A DNA stretch of 64,000 nt from Auanema rhodensis (Eukaryota; Animalia; Nematoda). Made by a program: the position numbers and the translations under genes. Of the stretch, positions 15,704 through 25,400 are shown piece after piece; position 1 is the first letter of the stretch, and every line of letters starts with the position of its first letter. The notes below the pieces were generated by a model. It made no database searches. It was given only the letters and a program-made list of their open reading frames with translations, and had not been told where the DNA came from. The stretch lies in NCBI GenBank assembly GCA_964057225.1, contig OZ059896.1, positions 4,712,001 to 4,776,000 on the forward strand. Direction: 5' to 3'.

Positions 15704-15728
15704 CCCAACGGCCCTCTTTAGGGCCACA
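15704..15728 (+). promoter_or_regulatory. Histone mRNA 3' stem-loop (SLBP-binding hairpin), orphaned from its coding sequence
   Basis: CCCAAC-GGCCCT-CTTT-AGGGCC-ACA: 6-bp stem and 4-nt loop (15710-15725) with A/C-rich flanks, matching the histone 3' hairpin consensus. C at loop position 1 is the C. elegans form. Confidence 0.9.
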
Positions 15729-16050
15729 TTTAAATTTGATGTATTCATAATGATTTATAATATAATACTGTGTCTGTCTTGTCTTTTTTTGCTATGTAAT
15801 GATAATTGATAGGATATGTTTCGCTGTTATGTAAAGGAGAATCCCTATCTTTGATACTCCATATCCATCTCTATTTTTTTTTATGAATTTCATTAATTAT
15901 GCTTTCATGTTGATAACAACAACAGTGATCATATCTAATGCCTCACATGTTTCTATTCCACGTTTGTTCGCAAATAAACAGTTGTTTATGTTATTCTTAT
16001 CGTTTATATAAAATTTAAATATACATTTCTAGAATTTCTAGCAAAATTAA

Positions 16051-16160
16051 GCGCCAATATGCTTGGTGGCGATTACAATGGGTTTTTGCGCGGTGACCTC
16101 TACAGCACTAGTATATAACGGAGATGCTAGGGTTACTATTCAACACACAGCTTGATCAGC
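16051..16160 (+). promoter_or_regulatory. Putative histone H4 promoter and 5' UTR
   Basis: GC-richer patch with CCAAT (16054-16058), GTATATAA (16111-16118), an initiator-like TCA about 30 nt downstream (16140-16142), and a short leader to the ATG at 16161. Confidence 0.65.
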
Positions 16161-16205
16161 ATGTCTGAACGTGGTAAAGGAGGAAAAGGTCTTGAATTTA
16201 TATGA
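16161..16205 (+). pseudogene. H4: Histone H4 5' fragment (MSERGKGGKGLEFI*)
   Basis: ATG TCT GAA CGT GGT AAA GGA GGA AAA GGT CTT GAA versus canonical H4 MSGRGKGGKGLG: 10/12 identical, and both differences can be explained by GGA>GAA. Homology stops at about 16196. Too short for the ORF track. Confidence 0.88.
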
Positions 16206-16534
16206 TTGAATAATAAAATAGTGATTGACTTATCTGTGCTATGTGCTTGTTGTTGATTAGAAGTTGAAGTAATGATACTGACTACAACCGCTCTTTCTTT
16301 TTTTTAAAATGATATGATTGTTTAGATTTTCATTGCTTGCTTATGCTATTTTGAAAATTTGAATATTCTTAGTGTTGTATTTTTTTTAATTTTTATTTTT
16401 TCTCTTATTTTTTTCATATTTATACTTATATATATAAATATAATGTATATATTGAGAGATTTAGCTAACTAGTTAATATATTAGCATTTGTACAGTTCGG
16501 CTTTCATTGACTTTAGGAATGTGGGCGTGGTTTA

Positions 16535-17195
16535 TTTACTCTAGTATACTCTATACATCTCCTGATAATTGTTTGATCTTATTTATATTTGTTGAAAATT
16601 CTTCACATTTTCTTATTGAAAGTGCTTCTTGATATTTCTTATTTGCTTTTATTATTTGATTTTACAATGACTTGATATAACTTTCTTTTGTATCCTGTTC
16701 ATGGAATGAATAATTATATACTGTAGTATAATTTGTACATCTCTTGATAATTGTTTGTTCTTATTTGTATTTGTAGAAATTTTCCAAAACAAAATGCTTC
16801 TTAACACTTTTTCTTTGTTTTTAATACTTGATTTTACCATGACATGATATAACTTTCTTTCGTATCCTGCTCATGGAATAAATAATAGTTTACTCTAGTA
16901 TACTCTGTACATCTCCTGAAAATTTTCTCATTCTACTTTGTATTCTTTAAAAATTCTTCATGTTTTCTTACTGAAAATACTTCTTGATACTTCTTCTTTG
17001 CTTTTAATACTTGATTTTATCATGACTTGTTATAACTTTTTTTGAAACCTGTTTATATTTAAAATGTTTACTGATACTCTATAGTACGTTATATATCTCT
17101 TGATAATTTTCTCATTCTTCTTGGTATTTGTTAAAATTTTTTTATGTTTTCCTACTGAAGATGCTTCTTGATACTTTTTTTTGTTTTTAATACTT
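16535..17195 (-). repeat. ~180-bp satellite block 1 (T-rich strand on +; outermost monomers diverged)
   Basis: TTTACTCTAGTATACT...CTTGATAATTTTCTCATTC monomers begin just after GTGGGCGTGG at 16521-16530. Confidence 0.9.
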
Positions 17196-19412
17196 GAAGC
17201 ATTTTCAGTAAGAAAACATGAAGAAATTTTAACAAATACAAAGAAGAATGAGAAAATTATCAAGAGATGTACAAAGTATACTAGAGTAAACTATTATTTT
17301 ATCCATGAACAGGATACGAAAGAAAGTTATATCAAGTCATTGAAAAATCAAGTATTAAAAACAAAGAAAAAGTATCAAGAAGCATTTTCAGTAAGAAAAC
17401 ATGAAGAAATTTTAAAGAATACAATTAAGAATGAGAAAATTATCAGGAGATGTACAAAGTATACTAGAGTAAACTATTATTTATTCCATGAACAGGATAC
17501 GAAAGAAAGTTATAACAAGTCATGGTAAAATCAAGTATTAAAAACAAAAAAAAAGTATCAAGAAGCATTTTCAGTAAGAAAACATGAAGAAATTTTAACA
17601 AATACAAATAAGAATGAGAAAATTATCAAGAGATGTATAACATATTATAGAGTATCAGTAAACATTTAAAATATGAACAGGTTTCAAAAAAAGTAATATC
17701 AACTCATGGGGAAATCAAGTTTTAAAAGCAAAGAAGAAGTATCAAGAAGGATTTTCATTAAGAAAACATGAAGAAATTTTAACAAATACAAATAAGAATG
17801 AGAAAATTATCAAGAGATGTATAACATATTATAGAGTATCAGTAAACATTTAAAATATGAACAGGTTTCAAAAAAAGTAATATCAATTCATGGGTAAGTA
17901 TTAAAAGCAGAGAAGAAGTATCAAGAAGGATTTTCAGTAAGAAAACATGAAGAAATTTTAACAAATACAAAGAAGAATGAAAAAATTATCAAGAGATGCA
18001 TAACGTATTATAGAGTATCAGTAAACATTTAAAATATGAACAGATTTCAAAAAAAGTAATATCATTTCATGGGGAGGTATTAAAAACAAAAAAAAGTATC
18101 AAGAAGCATTTTCAGTAAGATAACATGAAGAAATTTCAACAAATACAAAAAAGAATGAGAAAATTATCGAAAGATGCATAACATATTATAGAGTATCAGT
18201 AAACATTTGGAATATGAACAGGTTTCAAAAAAAGTAATATCAATTCATGGGGAAGTATTAAAAGCAGAGAAGAAGTATCAAGAAGGATTTTCAGTAAGAA
18301 AACATGAAGAAATTTTAACAAATACAAAGAAGAATGAAAAAATTATCAAGAGATGCATAACGTATAATAGAGTATCAGTAAACATTTAAAATATGAACAG
18401 GTTTCAAAAAAGGTAATATCATTTCATGGGGAAGTATTAAAAGCAAAGAAGAAGTATCAAGAAGGATTTTCAATAAGAAAACATGAAGAAATTTTAACAA
18501 ATACAAAGAAGAATGAAAAAATTATCAAGAGATGCATAACGTATTGTAGAGTATCAGTAAACATTTAAAATATGAACAGATTTCAAAAAAAGTAATATCA
18601 TTTCATGGGGAAGTATTAAAAACAAAAAAAAGTATCAAGAAGCATTTTCAGTAAGATAACATGAAGAAATTTCAACAAATACAAAAAAGAATGAGAAAAT
18701 TATCGAAAGATGCATAACATATTATAGAGTATCAGTAAACATTTGGAATATGAACAGGTTTCAAAAAAAGTAATATCAATTCATGGAGAAGTATTAAAAG
18801 CAGAGAAGAAGTATCAAGAAGGATTTTCAGTAAGAAAACATGAAGAAATTTTAACAAATACAAAGAAGAATGAAAAAATTATCAAGAGATGCATAACGTA
18901 TTATAGAGTATCAGTAAACATTTAAAATATGAACAGATTTCGAAAAAAGTAATATCATTTCATGGGGAAGTATTAAAAGCAAAGAAGAAGTATCAAGAAG
19001 GATTTTCAATAAGAAAACATGAAGAAATTTTAACAAATACAAAGAAGAATGAAAAAATTATCAAGAGATGCATAACGTATTATAGAGTATCAGTAAACAT
19101 TTAAAATATGAACAGGTTTCAAAAAAAGTAATATCATTTCATGGGGAAGTATTAAAAGCAAAGAAGAAGTATCAAGAAGGATTTTCAATAAGAAAACATG
19201 AAGAAATTTTAACAAATACAAAGAAGAATGAAAAAATTATCAAGAGATGCATAACGTATTATAGAGTATCAGTAAACATTTAAAATATGAACAGGTTTCA
19301 AAAAAAGTAATATCATTTCATGGGGAAGTATTAAAAGCAAAGAAGAAGTATCAAGAAGGATTTTCAATAAGAAAACATGAAGAAATTTCAACAAATACAA
19401 ATAAGAATGAAA
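17196..19412 (+). repeat. ~180-bp satellite block 2 (A-rich strand on +, ~12 monomers, inverted relative to its neighbours)
   Basis: GAAGCATTTTCAGTAAGAAAACATGAAGAAATTTT repeats with 179-bp and 183-bp monomer classes. Junctions: TACTTGA|AGCATTTTC (~17196) and AAGAATGAAA|GAA|CCTTCTTG (~19413). Confidence 0.95.
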
Positions 19413-19415
19413 GAA

Positions 19416-22400
19416 CCTTCTTGATACTTCTTCTTTGCTTTTAAAACTTGATTTTACCATGACTTGTTATAACTTTTTTTGAAACCTGTTCATATTTAAA
19501 ATGTTTACTGATACTCTATAGTACGTTATATATCTCTTGATAATTTTCTCATTCTTATTTGTATTTGTTGAAATTTCTTCATGTTTTCTTATTGAAAATC
19601 CTTCTTGTTACTTCTTCTTTGCTTTTAATACTTCCCCATGAAATGATATTACCTTTTTTGAAACCTGTTCATATTTTAAATGTTTACTGATACTCTATAA
19701 TATGTTATACATCTCTTGATAATTTTCTCATTCTTATTTGTATTTGTTGAAATTTCTTCATGTTATCTTACTGAAAATGCTTCATGATACTTCTTCTTTG
19801 CTTTTAATACTTCCCCATGAAATGATATTACCTTTTTTGAAACCTGTTCATATTTTAAATGTTTACTGATACTCTATTATACGTTATGCATCTCTTGATA
19901 ATTTTTTCATTCTTCTTTGTATTTGTTAAAATTTCTTCATGTTTTCTTATTGAAAATCCTTCTTGTTACTTCTTCTTTGCTTTTAATACTTCCCCATGAA
20001 ATGATATTACCTTTTTTGAAACCTGTTCATATTTTAAATGTTTACTGATACTCTATAATATGTTATACATCTCTTGATAATTTTCTCATTCTTATTTGTA
20101 TTTGTTGAAATTTCTTCATGTTTTCTTACTGAAAATCCTTCTTGATACTTCTTCTCTGCTTTTAATACTTCCCCATGAATTGATATTACTTTTTTTGAAA
20201 CCTGTTCATATTTCAAATGTTTACTGATACTCTATAATATGTTATGCATCTTTCGATAATTTTCTCATTCTTTTTTGTATTTGTTAAAATTTCTTCATGT
20301 TTTCTTACTGAAAATCCTTCTTGATACTTCTTCTTTGCTTTTAAAACTTGATTTTACCATGACTTGTTATAACTTTTTTTGAAACCTGTTCATATTTAAA
20401 ATGTTTACTGATACTCTATAGTACGTTATATATCTCTTGATAATTTTCTCATTCTTATTTGTATTTGTTGAAATTTCTTCATGTTTTCTTATTGAAAATC
20501 CTTCTTGTTACTTCTTCTTTGCTTTTAATACTTCCCCATGAAATGATATTACCTTTTTTGAAACCTGTTCATATTTTAAATGTTTACTGATACTCTATAA
20601 TATGTTATACATCTCTTGATAATTTTCTCATTCTTATTTGTATTTGTTGAAATTTCTTCATGTTATCTTACTGAAAATGCTTCTTGATACTTTTTTTTGT
20701 TTTTAATACTTGATTTTACCTTGACTTGATATTACTTTCTTTCGTATCATGTTCATGGAATAAATAATAGTTTACTCTAGTATACTTTGTACATCTCTTG
20801 ATAATTTTCTCATTCTTATTTGTATTTGTTGAAATTTCTTCATGTTTTCTTATTGAAAATCCTTCTTGATACTTCTTCTTCGCTTTTAATACTTCCCCAT
20901 GAAATGATATTACTTTTTTTGAAACCTGTTCATATTTTAAATGTTTACTGATACTCTATTATACGTTATGCATCTCTTGATAATTTTTTCATTCTTCTTT
21001 GTATTTGTTAAAATTTCTTCATGTTTTCTTACTGAAAATCCTTCTTGATACTTCTTCTCTGCTTTTAATACTTCCCCATGAATTGATATTACTTTTTTTG
21101 AAACCTGTTCATATTTCAAATGTTTACTGATACTCTATAATATGTTATGCATCTTTCGATAATTTTCTCATTCTTTTTTGTATTTGTTAAAATTTCTTCA
21201 TGTTTTCTTACTGAAAATCCTTCTTGATACTTCTTCTTTGCTTTTAAAACTTGATTTTACCATGACTTGTTATAACTTTTTTTGAAACCTGTTCATATTT
21301 AAAATGTTTACTGATACTCTATAGTACGTTATATATCTCTTGATAATTTTCTCATTCTTATTTGTATTTGTTGAAATTTCTTCATGTTTTCTTATTGAAA
21401 ATCCTTCTTGTTACTTCTTCTTTGCTTTTAATACTTCCCCATGAAATGATATTACCTTTTTTGAAACCTGTTCATATTTTAAATGTTTACTGATACTCTA
21501 TAATATGTTATACATCTCTTGATAATTTTCTCATTCTTATTTGTATTTGTTGAAATTTCTTCATGTTATCTTACTGAAAATGCTTCTTGATACTTTTTTT
21601 TGTTTTTAATACTTGATTTTACCTTGACTTGATATTACTTTCTTTCGTATCATGTTCATGGAATAAATAATAGTTTACTCTAGTATACTTTGTACATCTC
21701 TTGATAATTTTCTCATTCTTATTTGTATTTGTTGAAATTTCTTCATGTTTTCTTATTGAAAATCCTTCTTGATACTTCTTCTTCGCTTTTAATACTTCCC
21801 CATGAAATGATATTACTTTTTTTGAAACCTGTTCATATTTTAAATGTTTACTGATACTCTATAATATGTTATGCATCTTTCGATAATTTTCTCATTCTTT
21901 TTTGTATTTGTTAAAATTTCTTCATGTTTTCTTACTGAAAATCCTTCTTGATACTTCTTCTTTGCTTTTAAAACTTGATTTTACCATGACTTGTTATAAC
22001 TTTTTTTGAAACCTGTTCATATTTAAAATGTTTACTGATACTCTATAGTACGTTATATATCTCTTGATAATTTTCTCATTCTTATTTGTATTTGTTGAAA
22101 TTTCTTCATGTTTTCTTATTGAAAATCCTTCTTGTTACTTCTTCTTTGCTTTTAATACTTCCCCATGAAATGATATTACCTTTTTTGAAACCTGTTCATA
22201 TTTTAAATGTTTACTGATACTCTATAATATGTTATACATCTCTTGATAATTTTCTCATTCTTATTTGTATTTGTTGAAATTTCTTCATGTTATCTTACTG
22301 AAAATGCTTCTTGATACTTTTTTTTGTTTTTAATACTTGATTTTACCTTGACTTGATATTACTTTCTTTCGTATCATGTTCATGGAATAAATAATAGTTT

Positions 22401-25400
22401 ACTCTAGTATACTTTGTACATCTCTTGATAATTTTCTCATTCTTATTTGTATTTGTTGAAATTTCTTCATGTTTTCTTATTGAAAATCCTTCTTGATACT
22501 TCTTCTTCGCTTTTAATACTTCCCCATGAAATGATATTACTTTTTTTGAAACCTGTTCATATTTTAAATGTTTACTGATACTCTATTATACGTTATGCAT
22601 CTCTTGATAATTTTTTCATTCTTCTTTGTATTTGTTAAAATTTCTTCATGTTTTCTTACTGAAAATCCTTCTTGATACTTCTTCTCTGCTTTTAATACTT
22701 CCCCATGAATTGATATTACTTTTTTTGAAACCTGTTCATATTTCAAATGTTTACTGATACTCTATAATATGTTATGCATCTTTCGATAATTTTCTCATTC
22801 TTTTTTGTATTTGTTAAAATTTCTTCATGTTTTCTTACTGAAAATCCTTCTTGATACTTCTTCTTTTCTTTTAAAACTTGATTTTACCATGACTTGTTAT
22901 AACTTTTTTTGAAACCTGTTCATATTTAAAATGTTTACTGATACTCTATAGTACGTTATATATCTCTTGATAATTTTCTCATTCTTATTTGTATTTGTTG
23001 AAATATCTTCATGTTTTCTTATTGAAAATCCTTCTTGATACTTCTTCTTTGCTTTTAAAACTTGATTTTACCATGATTTGTTATAACTTTTTTTGAAACC
23101 TGTTCATATTTTAAATGTTTACTGATACTCTATAATACGTTATGCATCTCTTGATAATTTTTTCATTCTTCTTTGTATTTGTTAAAAATTTCTTCATGTT
23201 TTCTTACTGAAAATCCTTCTTGATACTTCTTCTCTGCTTTTAATACTTCCCCATGAATTGATATTACTTTTTTTGAAACCTGTTCATATTTCAAATGTTT
23301 ACTGATACTCTATAATATGTTATGCATCTTTCGATAATTTTCTCATTCTTTTTTGTATTTGTTAAAATTTCTTCATGTTTTCTTACTGAAAATCCTTCTT
23401 GATACTTCTTCTTTTCTTTTAAAACTTGATTTTACCATGACTTGTTATAACTTTTTTTGAAACCTGTTCATATTTAAAATGTTTACTGATACTCTATAGT
23501 ACGTTATATATCTCTTGATAATTTTCTCATTCTTATTTGTATTTGTTGAAATATCTTCATGTTTTCTTATTGAAAATCCTTCTTGATACTTCTTCTTTGC
23601 TTTTAAAACTTGATTTTACCATGACTTGTTATAACTTTTTTTGAAACCTGTTTATATTTAAAATGTTTACTGATACTCTATAGTACGTTATATATCTCTT
23701 GATAATTTTCTCATTCTTATTTGTATTTGTTGAAATATCTTCATGTTTTCTTATTGAAAATCCTTCTTGATACTTCTTCTTTGCTTTTAATACTTCCCCA
23801 TGAAATGATATTACTTTTTTCGAAATCTGTTCATATTTTAAATGTTTACTGATACTCTATAATACGTTATGCATCTCTTGATAATTTTTTCATTCTTCTT
23901 TGTATTTGTTAAAATTTCTTCATGTTTTCTTACTGAAAATCCTTCTTGATACTTCTTCTCTGCTTTTAATACTTCCCCATGAATTGATATTACTTTTTTT
24001 GAAACCTGTTCATATTCCAAATGTTTACTGATACTCTATAATATGTTATGCATATTTCGATAATTTTCTCATTCTTTTTTGTATTTGTTAAAATTTCTTC
24101 ATGTTTTCTTACTGAAAATCCTTCTTGATACTTCTTCTTTGCTTTTAAAACTTGATTTTACCATGACTTGTTATAACTTTTTTTGAAACCTGTTCATATT
24201 TAAAATGTTTACTGATACTCTATAGTACGTTATATATCTCTTGATAATTTTCTCATTCTTCTGTGTATTTGTTAAAATTTCTTCATGTTTTCCTACTGAA
24301 GATGCTTCTTGATACTTTTTTTTGTTTTTAATACTTGATTTTACCATGACTTGTTATAACTTTCTTTCGTATCATGTTCATGGAATAAATAATATTTTAC
24401 TCTAGTATATTTTGTACATCTCTTGATAATTTTCTCATTCTTTTTTGTATTTGTTAAAATTTCTTCCTGTTTTCTTACTGAAAATGCTTCTTGATACTTT
24501 TTTTTTGTTTTTAATACTTGATTTTATCATGACTTGATTTTACTTTTGTTGAAACCTGTTCATATTTTAAATGTTTACTGATACTCTAGTATACTTTGTA
24601 CATCTTTCGATAATTTTGTCATTCTTTTTTGTATTTGTTAAAATTTCTTCATGTTTTCTTACTGAAAATCCTTCTTGATACTTCTTCTCTGCTTTTAATA
24701 CTTCCCCATGAATTGATATTACTTTTTTTGAAACCTGTTCATATTCCAAATGTTTACTGATACTCTATAATATGTTATGCATATTTCGATAATTTTCTCA
24801 TTCTTTTTTGTATTTGTTAAAATTTCTTCATGTTTTCTTACTGAAAATCCTTCTTGATACTTCTTCTTTGCTTTTAAAACTTGATTTTACCATGACTTGT
24901 TATAACTTTTTTTGAAACCTGTTCATATTTAAAATGTTTACTGATACTCTATAGTACGTTATATATCTCTTGTTAATTTTCTCATTCTTCTGTGTATTTG
25001 TTAAAATTTCTTCATGTTTTCCTACTGAAGATGCTTCTTGATACTTTTTTTTGTTTTTAATACTTGATTTTACCATGACTTGTTATAACTTTCTTTCGTA
25101 TCATGTTCATGGAATAAATAATATTTTACTCTAGTATATTTTGTACATCTCTTGATAATTTTCTCATTCTTTTTTGTATTTGTTAAAATTTCTTCCTGTT
25201 TTCTTACTGAAAATCCTTCTTGATACTTCTTCTTTGCTTTTAAAACTCGATTTTCCCATGAATTGATATTACTTTTTTTGAAACCTGTTCATATTTTAAA
25301 TGTTTACTGATACTCTATAGTACGTTATATATCTCTTGATAATTTTCTCATTCTTCTTTGTATTTGTTAAAATTTCTTCATGTTTTCTTACTGAAAATCC

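Larger units (their letters stand above)
15681..16272. mobile_element. 592-bp cassette bounded by perfect 24-bp inverted repeats and carrying histone-locus fragments (MITE/Pack-type-like; mobility unproven)
   Basis: TTACTTCAACTTCTAATCAACAAC (15681-15704) and GTTGTTGATTAGAAGTTGAAGTAA (16249-16272). No transposase. A TA target duplication is possible but ambiguous. Confidence 0.5.
15681..16768 (+). repeat. Left arm of a ~1.09-kb long inverted repeat (partner 34827-35913)
   Basis: Reverse-complement match at every landmark checked (paired coordinates sum to 51593-51595), with only a handful of substitutions and small indels. Confidence 0.97.

Noticed and set aside
16161-16205. Functional histone gene, first exon of a spliced H4, or H2A instead of H4
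   Set aside because: A stop follows 14 codons, there is no GT donor where homology ends, and no downstream H4 sequence exists in the window. GKGGKGL matches H4 better than H2A.
17196-19412. CAGGTTTCA in the 180-bp monomer as a nematode piRNA upstream (CTGTTTCA) motif
   Set aside because: Only a partial match to a short motif in AT-rich DNA, with no supporting evidence.
16652-24749. K/E-rich 60-115-aa ORFs in the 180-bp satellite, including a 61-aa in-frame repeat at 17181-17528
   Set aside because: Open frames are expected on a T-poor strand. Most monomer lengths break frame or contain stops, and no domain is recognisable. A remote coding origin cannot be fully excluded.
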